The notes under the pieces: model-generated | What the model saw: the letters and a program-made list of their open reading frames with translations, nothing else | Database searches by the model: none | What the model was told of the DNA's origin: nothing | Virus record (IMG/VR): IMGVR_UViG_3300035670_007084 | Span: 1 to 63,831 of that record | Source: a virus | Taxonomy: Duplodnaviria > Caudoviricetes | Direction: 5' to 3' (one strand) | DNA length: 63,831 bases | Made by a program: the position numbers and the translations under genes | Shown: positions 10,135-20,344 of the stretch, one piece after another | How positions within the stretch are numbered: position 1 is the stretch's first letter | Layout of the letters: every line of letters begins with the position of its first letter

Positions 10135-11049
10135 TTATCCTCCCAATTTTTCATACATAGTTGATGTTACATTAATTCTTTTATTAATATCATATCTTGA
10201 GTTGTAAAGCATTATTCCATCTTTACTTGTGTTTCTTTGATCGCAAGTATTACAGAGAATATCTTTATAACATCCTGTATAATGTTGTTGTAGTATTTCT
10301 TTAAACTTTTGAGATTCAAATATTTCAGACAAAGATTGTGTTCCAAGATTACCCACAATTAATTCACCATTTATATCAAAACAACATAATTGAACTGACA
10401 TATCTACATTTATTTGCAATGGTCCAGTAAAAGGTCTACCACATGTAGCTACCTTATTAGATTGCAACTCTCTGAAACATTTAGAGTTAGCCCAATTATG
10501 TGGTTTCCAAACCTCAAGCAAATCAACTTTGTTTTCCCATTGCTTAATCCACTGTTTGTAATCATCATTAATTCCATCCATAACTATATAGTTAAGAATA
10601 AGCTCACAATGCTTGTTAGAAACCGCATTTAATAGGTTACGCCTGACACGCTGATAAGCCCCCAGTGAACGATTGTGGGCGTTGGAGTATGTTTCCTCAT
10701 TGTACCCATAGAAACTCGTTCTAATCGAATCTATAGCGTTTTTTAGTTCGGCATAAACCTCAGGTAATAGGTTGTAACCGTTGGTTAATAATAATGTTTT
10801 TAACCCTAAAGATTTAGCATACTTAATCATCTTAACGCAATCACTATTTAATAGTGGTTCACCAAAACCACTAAAGGTGCAAGTGTTATATTGATAAGAT
10901 TCTTTTAACACCTTATCTAATAATAACTTAAAGCTATCAAAAGACATATCTTGTAGTTCTCTTTTTAATGAACTCCTTGCACACATAACACAATCATAGT
11001 TACATCGTGTTGTTATCTCAAATCTAACTTCACTTGATATTGGAATCAT
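10135..11049 (-). CDS. Radical SAM protein with SPASM/twitch domain
   Basis: CNYDCVMC, GFGEPLL, LTNG; CGRPF...CCFD...CNTC. Confidence 0.9.
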   Translation of the reverse strand: MIPISSEVRFEITTRCNYDCVMCARSSLKRELQDMSFDSFKLLLDKVLKESYQYNTCTFSGFGEPLLNSDCVKMIKYAKSLGLKTLLLTNGYNLLPEVYAELKNAIDSIRTSFYGYNEETYSNAHNRSLGAYQRVRRNLLNAVSNKHCELILNYIVMDGINDDYKQWIKQWENKVDLLEVWKPHNWANSKCFRELQSNKVATCGRPFTGPLQINVDMSVQLCCFDINGELIVGNLGTQSLSEIFESQKFKEILQQHYTGCYKDILCNTCDQRNTSKDGIMLYNSRYDINKRINVTSTMYEKLGG

Positions 11050-11050
11050 T

Positions 11051-11692
11051 TTATTTTCCCTTTAATTTTATTATAAATATCCCAAAGAAAACTTCGGGGG
11101 CAAATGTTGGATACAAATTATCTGCTAGTGCGTGTACCACTTCACCATTTCGATTTAATCCTGCGGGTTCCATAGTAGAAAAGTTACTATAATATTTGAC
11201 CAAATCATACATATCTCTATAAGTAAAAAATCTTTTATGGTCGGGATCATTCTTCATACCTGCTTCGCTTACAGGGGAAGTAACAATAATTCTTTTCTTT
11301 GCTACCCTAAAGAATTCATTTAGAACTTTTCTTGGTTCTTCAACATGTTCCATTATTTCTGCTGCGAGAACAGTATCAAAGGTATGACTCTCAAAAGGTA
11401 TTTCCTCAGCGAAAGCTTTAACTTTTGGTATATGTGGATATAGTTTTTCTGCCTCTTGAAACCCCCAATCAGTTGGTTCTAGTCCTGTAAACTTACATTC
11501 GGGGAATGTTTGCTGTAAAAGGTTTGTTGAAAACCCATTAGCCATACCAACCTCTAGAGTTTTACCAATACAAAAACTACCAACAAATTTAATTCTGTTC
11601 TGATGCCGTTGTTGATGTAGATTGTTATTATATTGCCAATGGTTTTTCATATAATTATTCATATTTACAATATAGTTTGTCGTTGGTTTCAT
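11051..11692 (-). CDS. Class I SAM-dependent methyltransferase (Methyltransf_11-like)
   Basis: LEVGMANG, AEEIPFESHTFDTV, EIMEHV. Confidence 0.85.
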   Translation of the reverse strand: MKPTTNYIVNMNNYMKNHWQYNNNLHQQRHQNRIKFVGSFCIGKTLEVGMANGFSTNLLQQTFPECKFTGLEPTDWGFQEAEKLYPHIPKVKAFAEEIPFESHTFDTVLAAEIMEHVEEPRKVLNEFFRVAKKRIIVTSPVSEAGMKNDPDHKRFFTYRDMYDLVKYYSNFSTMEPAGLNRNGEVVHALADNLYPTFAPEVFFGIFIIKLKGK

Positions 11693-12522
11693 ACACCACC
11701 CCTTACTTTATAATCTAATCTTTTTGCCACTTGCACAGGGTGAGGGTTACTAAAGGTAATTACTTTATCTGTTCTATTACCAACCACACCACAGCAAAAC
11801 AAACCACCAGTTCCATATCTAGGATGAGTAAATTCATTACTGAAAAACGGATGTTTGTTTGTATATTCTTTAATTAACCTTTCATCAATACTACCATCAG
11901 CCCTTCTACAATTTGGATTATCTCTTCTCATATAGTAAGCAATTTTGTTATAAACTTGTTCTTCTGGTTTCATATAACCGTAATGATGTACTCTTAACTT
12001 ATCCCTATAAGCAAAAGCCATATTTTTTATTTGAGCAAATTTAAAATAATTAAGACTATCAATAGAAACAGAGTGGTGTAAGGCATAGTATCCTGTGTTT
12101 TTTAGTTTTTTAAACCCCCGTTGCATAAACTGATCCCATACTTCACCGACTATAATTGTATTATACTTTTTCCAAAAGTTTAAATGTTGAATTGCAATAG
12201 TTAAGTAATCACCTGATGCTATTGTTTGTTCTACAAGTTTTAAATTATCAACAGTAAAAACTTCATCACTATCAGGACATAAAATAAAATCACCTATGTT
12301 AGCTTCATCAACATATACCTGTCTTTGTTTTGCTTTATCTCTTTTAAAATTACCTTGTATTATCTTAACCTTTTTACCAAATGACGCAACAACATCAAGG
12401 GTGCCATCAACAGAACCATCATCAACCACAATTAATTTATCTACCAAGTCAATATATGACTCAATAGATTCTTTTAAAAACCATTCAGCATTTTTCGTTA
12501 TTATCCCACCTACTATTTTCAT
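11689..12522 (-). CDS. Glycosyltransferase family 2
   Basis: IITKN, VVDDGSVDGT, DSDE. Confidence 0.85.
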   Translation of the reverse strand: MKIVGGIITKNAEWFLKESIESYIDLVDKLIVVDDGSVDGTLDVVASFGKKVKIIQGNFKRDKAKQRQVYVDEANIGDFILCPDSDEVFTVDNLKLVEQTIASGDYLTIAIQHLNFWKKYNTIIVGEVWDQFMQRGFKKLKNTGYYALHHSVSIDSLNYFKFAQIKNMAFAYRDKLRVHHYGYMKPEEQVYNKIAYYMRRDNPNCRRADGSIDERLIKEYTNKHPFFSNEFTHPRYGTGGLFCCGVVGNRTDKVITFSNPHPVQVAKRLDYKVRGGV

Positions 12523-12716
12523 TAGTTATATTCTTCACTTTCTCTCTCAAGACTTCTGAGGTGTGATCCTGTGTCAAATTCATCCAAATCATCAATGCGA
12601 CTAAGCTCATAGTAAGGACAAGATTCTGAACATTCTTCTGCGTTTGAAAACAAACACGATCCATAATGCATACAATCCTTTCTACTTTTACTCATTAATC
12701 CCCCTCTGTTATTCAA
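12522..12716 (-). CDS. Small Cys-rich hypothetical protein
   Basis: ORF fills the gap between neighbours; C-x4-C-x7-C-x3-C pattern. Confidence 0.55.
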   Translation of the reverse strand: MNNRGGLMSKSRKDCMHYGSCLFSNAEECSESCPYYELSRIDDLDEFDTGSHLRSLERESEEYN

Positions 12717-13593
12717 TTACTTCTTGACAAAACGATAGTATATCAGATAAACATTCTCTCTCATTAAAGTTTTGGTAATCTTCTTTAGTTCCAACATTGT
12801 AAAAACCTGTTTTAGTTTTCATTGGGTTCTCTTCTGAGGTGAAGCGTTCCTGTTCGTGACCTATGATGTATGATGGAACGCCTTGTTTGAGGGCAATCTT
12901 TGGTGGTGCCGATGTTCCGCCAACGGTAAGATATGATTCCATTATTAAATCTAACATCTTTGATAATGTCATATCTTCTTTAACCATATCTTCAAACTTT
13001 ATATCAGGGAAAACATAATCACTAAATTCGTATGCACCGCTAGGTACACCAACCGTTGTTATAATACAATCGGGGTAATGTGTACCAAGCTGTAATATAA
13101 GTTTGCAATAGAATTTTTTACTAAGATTTCTGAATGCATGCATTTCTTTATTTGAATGAATATGAATACAAGGTTTCCTGTATCGTGGGAATATAAGTAT
13201 TCTATTTTTTATTCTTTGTGCAATAGTAAAAATATATGGTTTAAATATATAGAATGGTTCTAATACTTTTCTGTCCTGATAACCCAAGTTAAACTTCGGT
13301 GCAATTTCCCACTCATCACCCATTAGTTCTTTAGTGCGAACATCAAAATAATTTTTTAATTCACTTGATAACACACCGTGTCTGCCAAAACAATCGGCAG
13401 AATAAGAACCGTATTTCATAAAGAAATCATCTTCAATCCAAAGTGTTTTTATTTCTGGTTGAATTAAATCACCCCATTCTTCCTGAACCCACACTACAAC
13501 ATCGTGCCCATTATTATGTAAATAATTTGCATAGGCAGAAACATATTCAGCCCAACCCAATTCACCACAACAAGCTAACCAATAATTACCCAT
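12709..13593 (-). CDS. GT-B (GT9-like) glycosyltransferase
   Basis: N-terminal GELGW; C-terminal VGGTSAPPKIALKQGVPSYII, resembling the GT9 xSGPxHxAxxxGVP motif. Confidence 0.6.
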   Translation of the reverse strand: MGNYWLACCGELGWAEYVSAYANYLHNNGHDVVVWVQEEWGDLIQPEIKTLWIEDDFFMKYGSYSADCFGRHGVLSSELKNYFDVRTKELMGDEWEIAPKFNLGYQDRKVLEPFYIFKPYIFTIAQRIKNRILIFPRYRKPCIHIHSNKEMHAFRNLSKKFYCKLILQLGTHYPDCIITTVGVPSGAYEFSDYVFPDIKFEDMVKEDMTLSKMLDLIMESYLTVGGTSAPPKIALKQGVPSYIIGHEQERFTSEENPMKTKTGFYNVGTKEDYQNFNERECLSDILSFCQEVIE

Positions 13594-13621
13594 AATTTTC
13601 CTTTTCAGTTAATAGTTTTGT

Positions 13622-13650
13622 ATTATACCATATGAATTAATATATGTCAA
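13622..13650 (-). promoter_or_regulatory. Consensus sigma70 promoter with extended -10
   Basis: Minus strand TTGACA-17 nt-TATAAT with TG at -15/-14. Confidence 0.85.
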
Positions 13651-13659
13651 TATTTATTT

Positions 13660-14343
13660 TTAACTATTTAATCCCCATATTAAACCATTACGCATTCTTT
13701 CTTCTCTGATGATAGTATCTCTTTCCTTATGAATACGACCAAGTTTGTGGGTATCATCTATTTCTGCTAGTTTAAAGGCGGGGTGATAATGATTAACACT
13801 CTGATTTGACATCTTAAAGGCATCTACAGCGTTAGCATACCAATGTAGTTCTTGACAAGCAAACAACCAATACTGTGGATTAAGAAACTGTTTATTATGG
13901 TATCGTTGTAAAAACTTCTGCCCTATTAATGCAACGCCTGTTGGATGAAAGTCGGGTAAGGTTTGTTGAATACCAAGAACACCATCATCGTTGGGGAAAC
14001 ATACATTAAATTCTTCGATTAAACTGTTGATATTAAATTTATCGTTAGGTAGCTCCATATCATCACATAAAAATAACAACCCATCATTAACATCTCTTGC
14101 CATCATATTTCTGCAATAAACAGAACCCATATTGTGATCCGTTAAATATAACTCCATATTGGCTAGTTTATTATTTAGTTCTTTACCTTCTTTTATTATA
14201 TGTTCAAGATGTTTCTTTCCGTTTGAATCATTATCAAAACAAACTCTAACCTTTATATTAGATTGGTTTGGTATAGAGTGTAATAATCTTATTAGTGGAT
14301 AGAACCTATTTCTTGTAGGAATTATTATATCAATATCTTTCAC
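13660..14343 (-). CDS. Glycosyltransferase family 2
   Basis: IIIPTRNR, CRN, LFLCDD. Confidence 0.8.
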   Translation of the reverse strand: MKDIDIIIPTRNRFYPLIRLLHSIPNQSNIKVRVCFDNDSNGKKHLEHIIKEGKELNNKLANMELYLTDHNMGSVYCRNMMARDVNDGLLFLCDDMELPNDKFNINSLIEEFNVCFPNDDGVLGIQQTLPDFHPTGVALIGQKFLQRYHNKQFLNPQYWLFACQELHWYANAVDAFKMSNQSVNHYHPAFKLAEIDDTHKLGRIHKERDTIIREERMRNGLIWGLNS

Positions 14344-14930
14344 TTTAAACCTCGTTTCATTGTTCGTGATGCCTGATAGTGTATTATTACAGGATTAGTA
14401 ATATAGGAAGGAACGACACCTTCTCTGTTTATGATAGCGCAATACTCCGATGGTAATCGAAAGAAGTCAACATTATTACTTCTTATATATTTCTCTAACG
14501 CTTGTTGTTCAAGCGCAAAATTCTTTGCATTCTCTTTCCAATATTCGACTATTGGTAAAGCACCTTTAGTAAGAAAGATGGTGCCACTAAGTATTTCTTT
14601 TGTGTTGCTTTTATTTTTGTAGTGAATATTCCAATCTAATTCGTGAACCGCTATTGCTTTATCAATTTGTTCAAATAATACTGGTTCCTGTACAATTTCG
14701 GAATCACAATCTGTCCATACTATTCTATCATATTTTTGTAGAAAAGTGTGGATTATTTCTGGTTTCATATTAACATTAGCAAACCAACTTCCCTTATTCT
14801 CTGTTGGTAAAACAATATAATTTAAATCAAACTTCTTTAAGGATGGTATTAACCGTTGATGTGCCATCTGTTCATACTGTGTATTCTTTGTATAATAACT
14901 TAGAAACAGAACATTATGCAGGTTGTTCAT
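14340..14930 (-). CDS. GT-A nucleotide-diphospho-sugar transferase
   Basis: SYYT, MKP, WTDCD (DxD), SGTIFL, EQQAL, IIHYQASR. Confidence 0.8.
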   Translation of the reverse strand: MNNLHNVLFLSYYTKNTQYEQMAHQRLIPSLKKFDLNYIVLPTENKGSWFANVNMKPEIIHTFLQKYDRIVWTDCDSEIVQEPVLFEQIDKAIAVHELDWNIHYKNKSNTKEILSGTIFLTKGALPIVEYWKENAKNFALEQQALEKYIRSNNVDFFRLPSEYCAIINREGVVPSYITNPVIIHYQASRTMKRGLK

Positions 14931-15189
14931 TCTTTTCAGCTTTCTGTTTCTGATTAATAGCTCTTCTTAATAATATTAGGTGAGCATAAACTTGGGTGCA
15001 ATATGTGCGTAATCTAGATGATAGTTTACTTTGTTTCGCAATTATTTCATTACATACCTTATCTAAATCAAACGCTTTTACTTCTTCTTCACTTGGTAGT
15101 TCCCCGTTAATTTTAAACAACAAAGCTTTCTTTAAATAAGTTTCTTCTCTAAGATAGGTTTCCTCATCACATACAATTGTTTTAGTCAT
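14914..15189 (-). CDS. Hypothetical protein
   Basis: Probable start MTKTIV at 15189, overlapping the upstream stop. Confidence 0.6.
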   Translation of the reverse strand: MTKTIVCDEETYLREETYLKKALLFKINGELPSEEEVKAFDLDKVCNEIIAKQSKLSSRLRTYCTQVYAHLILLRRAINQKQKAEKNEQPA

Positions 15190-16231
15190 TTGGGTTAATA
15201 CTCCATCGTAATAGATCCGTATTTCTTGGTAAATTGATTGCTGTTGCATTAGGATTAGGATGCCCGACATCAAAACAAGTTAATAATGTTATAGCTGAAT
15301 CGGGTAAATCACCTATAACTCTGTGATACTTAATGTTTAATTCTTTTAATAAACCAAATAGTTCCTCTCTTTCCGGTCTGTTTGTGATAATAATTATATA
15401 CCAATATCCTTTATCATATAATTCGTTTAGTGTTCTAACATTTTTATGTATTGTAACTTCTTCACGATACCATCTGCTATAGTAGTGTTTGTTCTTTTTC
15501 TTTACAAGAACACCATCTAATGAAACAAATAATATCTGAAACTTTCTCATATACTGTTTTAATTTGCTACTCGTTGATATATCATAACAATACTTAACTT
15601 CTAGTTTTTGAAACGGTGATGTAGCAGATAATACATTCACTAATTTTGATAACGAAAAGTCATTAAAGGAAAAAGCTTTTCTATGATGTTCTCTATATTC
15701 ATAGGCATCTTTAAAGAAAAAGGCAAGCACAATATAGTTACCATTGATATTGTTTTCACATAGCGTAGTTGTGTTATTATCAAAGTTTGCAAACCTTTTG
15801 TTAGCTGCCGATAGTTCGGGAAATTTTCTTAGGTCAGCAACAACCATAGTATTATCTGTGGGAATAGTATAATTACCCAAAGTGAATATGTGTTCGCAAT
15901 CAACATAAAGCAACCCACCCGTTAGTTTAAACAGTTTAATACAATTTTTTATTACGGTTGGTAATCTAAAACTAGAACCATATATAGCATAAAAGTCGGG
16001 CTCAATATTAAACTCATCAAATATTTCCTGTTTTATTTCTTCTAATAAGCCAGAGTTATTCATAAACTTTTTATCCACAAGAATAACTATTCTATCAAAC
16101 TCTTGGGCATCAAAAGCTCTGATTATTTCTGTTATAAGAAAGGTTCCTTTCGGATGCTGTAATACAAAAACAGAATAAGCGTGAAAGAAATCAATATATT
16201 TTTTATCAGCATGTAGTATGAGATTGTTCAT
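15182..16231 (-). CDS. Sugar-phosphate nucleotidyltransferase-like domain fused to a HAD-like domain (both look degenerate)
   Basis: LQHPKG and YVDCEH in the N-terminal half; VSLDGVLV and IITNRPE in the C-terminal HAD half. Confidence 0.6.
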   Translation of the reverse strand: MNNLILHADKKYIDFFHAYSVFVLQHPKGTFLITEIIRAFDAQEFDRIVILVDKKFMNNSGLLEEIKQEIFDEFNIEPDFYAIYGSSFRLPTVIKNCIKLFKLTGGLLYVDCEHIFTLGNYTIPTDNTMVVADLRKFPELSAANKRFANFDNNTTTLCENNINGNYIVLAFFFKDAYEYREHHRKAFSFNDFSLSKLVNVLSATSPFQKLEVKYCYDISTSSKLKQYMRKFQILFVSLDGVLVKKKNKHYYSRWYREEVTIHKNVRTLNELYDKGYWYIIIITNRPEREELFGLLKELNIKYHRVIGDLPDSAITLLTCFDVGHPNPNATAINLPRNTDLLRWSINPND

Positions 16232-16649
16232 TGTTTCCTTTTATCTTATATAGTTTAAATTCGCTAATAGGAATATTATAAAAATATTCGCTATCTGTCT
16301 TATCTCTTCTTTTAACTTCTTCAATTTTATATTTTGTTATTGTAGAAGAATGAACCGATAAGAAATAACTCATATCTTTGTTTACAATAAAATAGTATAG
16401 TTTAAACTTAAAGAATTTTGATTTCCTTGCAGGTATATGTATGGTCTTAAATGGGAAAGTGTTACCTTCCCAAATAGTTCTTTGCTCTAACTCAAACATA
16501 TTACAGGATAAGTCTATACCATAAGTGTCGGGGTTTTCATAAACATCATACCCTTCATTACGGAGAAAAGGTATTATTACTTTTTTAACTTCGGTGTCGC
16601 TTGCGGTATATGCGTCCTTATTAAAAGGTCTATCCTTTCCTAATGCCAT
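16206..16649 (-). CDS. PD-(D/E)XK-type nuclease-like protein
   Basis: YGIDL...FELEQR...TIHIPARKSKF. Confidence 0.55.
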   Translation of the reverse strand: MALGKDRPFNKDAYTASDTEVKKVIIPFLRNEGYDVYENPDTYGIDLSCNMFELEQRTIWEGNTFPFKTIHIPARKSKFFKFKLYYFIVNKDMSYFLSVHSSTITKYKIEEVKRRDKTDSEYFYNIPISEFKLYKIKGNNEQSHTTC

Positions 16650-16651
16650 TT

Positions 16652-17083
16652 TTATTTTACCCCCGTAGAACCGTGACCACCTCTGTCGGGGTTATTGAGA
16701 GAATCAACTTGTATTATTTTAATAGGTTCCATAACTTTATTTAATCTAAACTGACATATCCTAGCACCGTTTGGAATATAGGTAGCCATAGTTGCATAGG
16801 CAGGAAAAAACAATTCATCGTTGTCACCGCAATATGAATTATCAATTACCCCAAAATGATTACCTTGTAATATACCAAAGTTTTTAAGAGTAGAGGATCG
16901 AGGAACAATATTCATTTCATATCCTTCGGGAATCTGAACCGCAATACCAAGCGGGATTAATTTAAACTCATCTTTAGCCAAGAAACATTCTTCGGCTGCC
17001 CTCAAATCAATCCAATTACCGATTTCAATAGCTTTTGGTAGGTCAACTTTTCTAAGTTTTTTAACCTTTAACTCTAATGTCAT
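16652..17083 (-). CDS. dut: Trimeric dUTPase
   Basis: IDLRA, PRSS, GVIDNSYCG, RICQ, RGGHGSTG. Confidence 0.95.
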   Translation of the reverse strand: MTLELKVKKLRKVDLPKAIEIGNWIDLRAAEECFLAKDEFKLIPLGIAVQIPEGYEMNIVPRSSTLKNFGILQGNHFGVIDNSYCGDNDELFFPAYATMATYIPNGARICQFRLNKVMEPIKIIQVDSLNNPDRGGHGSTGVK

Positions 17084-17316
17084 TTTATTTCGTCCCTATC
17101 TATAAAAGGTTTTTTTCTGTCTGATGAACCAATGCCTATTACACTACCATTATCATATATTAATTCTGCATCTTCAACCTTTGTTTCTGACCGCATTAGT
17201 ATTTCAACTAAATCCATTCCGGCATAGTATGCTTGTTCAATTGACTTAATCATATTTAAATATTTTTTTAATTTATTTTTTGGAATCCAAAATTTACTTT
17301 TCATTAAATACCTCAA
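17080..17316 (-). CDS. Hypothetical protein
   Basis: ORF tiles between its neighbours. Confidence 0.55.
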   Translation of the reverse strand: MRYLMKSKFWIPKNKLKKYLNMIKSIEQAYYAGMDLVEILMRSETKVEDAELIYDNGSVIGIGSSDRKKPFIDRDEIK

Positions 17317-17863
17317 CCGCTTTAAATGGAAAATCGTCTAGGGTTTCAGATAATAATCCCACTCTAACATCATTCTTTGTTTGAAGCATACCAATTAAAT
17401 TCCACAATAAAGCTGCTGCGTGATCCTCATCTTTACATCCATCTATTTCTTTACACATATGTCTGAAAGCAGAATCATAATATCTACTTACTGGTTGTCC
17501 TTTACGCCAATTATTCTTACTATATTTCTTTGCACCATTTTCATAATGTATAGCAAGTCTATTAAGTGCCCCTGCTATACCTTCACAATCAACTGATATA
17601 ATGTAGTTAAGGGTTAAATCTATAAGATTATAAAGCGGTGTCCAAGATTCTTCTCCTTCGGTGTATAAATGGTTATACTTACATAGATGATAAAACAAGT
17701 CGGTTAACTTTTCGCTTTCAAATCCACGATGTAATACTGACATAGCTAAAGCTTCACCGCCTATAAGATGTGGCATCCCCTTTCCTTCTGCGGTGTCCCT
17801 AACAGAACCTGTGTTAAATTCCTGCCGCTTACCTGAATCAACTACTTTAGTAAACATATTCAT
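17294..17863 (-). CDS. dATP/dGTP diphosphohydrolase-like protein (DUF5664)
   Basis: TGSVRD, GAKKYSKNNWRKG, SAFRH, DEDHAAALLWN. Confidence 0.8.
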   Translation of the reverse strand: MNMFTKVVDSGKRQEFNTGSVRDTAEGKGMPHLIGGEALAMSVLHRGFESEKLTDLFYHLCKYNHLYTEGEESWTPLYNLIDLTLNYIISVDCEGIAGALNRLAIHYENGAKKYSKNNWRKGQPVSRYYDSAFRHMCKEIDGCKDEDHAAALLWNLIGMLQTKNDVRVGLLSETLDDFPFKAVEVFNEK

Positions 17864-17886
17864 TTCTTACACTCCTTATTTGGTTA

Positions 17887-19806
17887 TTATTTTATTGGAC
17901 AAGAATTACCTGTGCATTCTTTGATGTCCATATCACCACCACTAATTTGTAAAGAACTAATGGGTTTTAATACTGATGTTAAAACCTCGTAGGTATCTTT
18001 ATCAATTTCCTCATAGGGTGCTTGTTTAAAACCATGTTCTGAATGTAATAAAAAGCTTACACTCTTAATATTATTTTCATAGTTTTCAGCTAACCAATTC
18101 TTAATTGATTCTAGTTCATTAAGTTTATAATAAACGGTGCAACTAACAGAGTTATCTGCCCATATAGTTTGCAATTTTTTGAGTAATTCTAATTGTTGAA
18201 CTGCCGTCATTTCCTTTGCTGTAACAACCTGTTCACCAACATAGCAAGGAAATTCAACTATAACAGTATTATGATTTATTGTTTCGTCAAAGTTAAGAGC
18301 AAACTCAACTCTATACCCTAAGTTCTTACATACCTCTACTAATGGATCATCGGACATCATACGAACCCTACGGATATAGTATTTGCTAAATGGGGCATGC
18401 ACACCTGGTGAAGAACCTGCGAGTAAAGAAATACTTCCGCTAGGTTTTACTGTAGTAAGCTTTATACTTTCATTTATGTTTTTTAGTTTACTCCATTCTT
18501 TATCAAGCTTTCGTAGCTCCTTATAACATCTGTCTAGCCACTCTAATTTTTCTTCTGATTGACAAATGCCTGAAACACTAATACCAATACGCATATTTTT
18601 AGCAACAACTTCGTTTGTTTTATCGTGTAAGAATGTTATACAGTTTACTGCCTTTTGAGTTTTGTATAACAACTTAGCACAATCAATTAGTTCTTCTTTT
18701 GATTCTATATTATTTAAAAACAATTCACTTAAATTACAACACTCGTAACTTTCAAGATTAATTTCACCACATGGGTTTAGACCAATACACTTATCTTTTA
18801 TCTTATCGTCTTTAAGTCTACCATACTTTTGAGCTAATGGAAGATTAAAGAATCCATATGGTTCCCCATTACCCTCAAAACCCTTCCATATATCATTACT
18901 AATATGGGTATAATTATCGGCATAGATAGTGTTGTTTGACATAGCTCTATAGTTTGGTATGTTTCCTAAGTCCCATCTCTTTGCTCTAACAAATAAATAA
19001 TCGTCAGGATCACCTATTGCTATTTGGGCACTTCTACGAACATTACCACTAACAACTATACCACCAATAATATTACATATGTCTAACACATCAATTGATC
19101 GTAATTTTTTTCCTTCCCTTGATTGAAATATTTTAACTATCTTTTGAATACCATCTATTAGAATAGTAGCTCCCGATGCAACACCACCAAATCCTTTAAT
19201 CAGTTCTCCTTTACCCCTAACAAGAATTGTTGAGTAAGTGAATGATTTACCTTTAATATAAAAAGCTTTCAGAACATTTCGTAAAAGCATTACCCAACCT
19301 TCTCTACTATCTGGAACTATAAAATCAGCATCTTTGGTTGCTTTATGTTCAATAAGCACCCCTTCTTTTACCTTAGGTAATTCGTGTATATCCTCTCTTC
19401 TCACACTAAAACCAACACCACCACCAAGCATAAGGTTTTCAAATAAGAAACAAAAAGCCTCATACTCATTTATTTGAACAAACCAACAATTAAGCATAGC
19501 GTTACCACGATATCTTTCGACACCGTTTGTTCCTAATTGCCATAACATTCTTCCAGCAAATAAACATTTAAGATTAAACATATAATCAAATAATCTTTCG
19601 GCTTCTTCTCTTGTATAGTCGGCTCCTATCTTTTGTGCACCGTTAATACATCTTTCAATGGTATCAACCCACTCTTCGTTTAGTCCATTTTCCATAACTC
19701 TACTGTAGGTTCTTTTAAAAACAATATAACCTAATCCTGAGAATCCCCAATTCGGTTGTTTATTTCTATATTTGTTCAGGAATTTTTGAGTAAGAATTGT
19801 TTCCAT
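17887..19806 (-). CDS. nrdJ: Class II (adenosylcobalamin-dependent) monomeric ribonucleotide reductase
   Basis: RTYSR, NCWF, GGGVGF, GNVRRSA, NPCGEI, TVKPSG, C-terminal CTGNSCPIK. Confidence 0.92.
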   Translation of the reverse strand: METILTQKFLNKYRNKQPNWGFSGLGYIVFKRTYSRVMENGLNEEWVDTIERCINGAQKIGADYTREEAERLFDYMFNLKCLFAGRMLWQLGTNGVERYRGNAMLNCWFVQINEYEAFCFLFENLMLGGGVGFSVRREDIHELPKVKEGVLIEHKATKDADFIVPDSREGWVMLLRNVLKAFYIKGKSFTYSTILVRGKGELIKGFGGVASGATILIDGIQKIVKIFQSREGKKLRSIDVLDICNIIGGIVVSGNVRRSAQIAIGDPDDYLFVRAKRWDLGNIPNYRAMSNNTIYADNYTHISNDIWKGFEGNGEPYGFFNLPLAQKYGRLKDDKIKDKCIGLNPCGEINLESYECCNLSELFLNNIESKEELIDCAKLLYKTQKAVNCITFLHDKTNEVVAKNMRIGISVSGICQSEEKLEWLDRCYKELRKLDKEWSKLKNINESIKLTTVKPSGSISLLAGSSPGVHAPFSKYYIRRVRMMSDDPLVEVCKNLGYRVEFALNFDETINHNTVIVEFPCYVGEQVVTAKEMTAVQQLELLKKLQTIWADNSVSCTVYYKLNELESIKNWLAENYENNIKSVSFLLHSEHGFKQAPYEEIDKDTYEVLTSVLKPISSLQISGGDMDIKECTGNSCPIK

Positions 19807-19816
19807 TATAACTCCT

Positions 19817-20344
19817 TTAATTGTTTAAATCACTTTCGGAATACTCTTGAAATTTCATATTAGATTCTCTCAGTAATACTCTACTATATGAATCGTAATC
19901 ATTACCAGAAAAATAAACTAATCTACTAATACCACTATTGATTATTTCAATCATACAATCTTTACAGGGAATAGGACAATTACAGTATAGTGTTGCCCCT
20001 TTCGTTGATATACCTTCTCTCGCACATTGTATTAATGCATTTCTTTCAGCGTGTCCGGCTTGACAAAGATGTAATCCTTTACCCGATTGATATCCAAAAT
20101 TTCTACGGGGGCAAATTGTTTTATCAAACATCCTATCTGAATAAACACCATCTAATTGAGAATAGAAAACCTCAGTTCTTTCTTCGCAGTGCAACACACC
20201 TCTAGGTGCACCATTATATCCTGCTCCAATAATTGATTTATCTCTTACTACGATTGAACCTATCTGTCTAGACAAGCATTTACTATTCTTTGAAACTTCT
20301 TTTGCTAGTCTGAGAAAATATAAATCCCAATCTTTTTCTGTCAT
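19817..20344 (-). CDS. dCMP deaminase
   Basis: GYNGAP, HAERNA, PCKDC. Confidence 0.92.
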   Translation of the reverse strand: MTEKDWDLYFLRLAKEVSKNSKCLSRQIGSIVVRDKSIIGAGYNGAPRGVLHCEERTEVFYSQLDGVYSDRMFDKTICPRRNFGYQSGKGLHLCQAGHAERNALIQCAREGISTKGATLYCNCPIPCKDCMIEIINSGISRLVYFSGNDYDSYSRVLLRESNMKFQEYSESDLNN

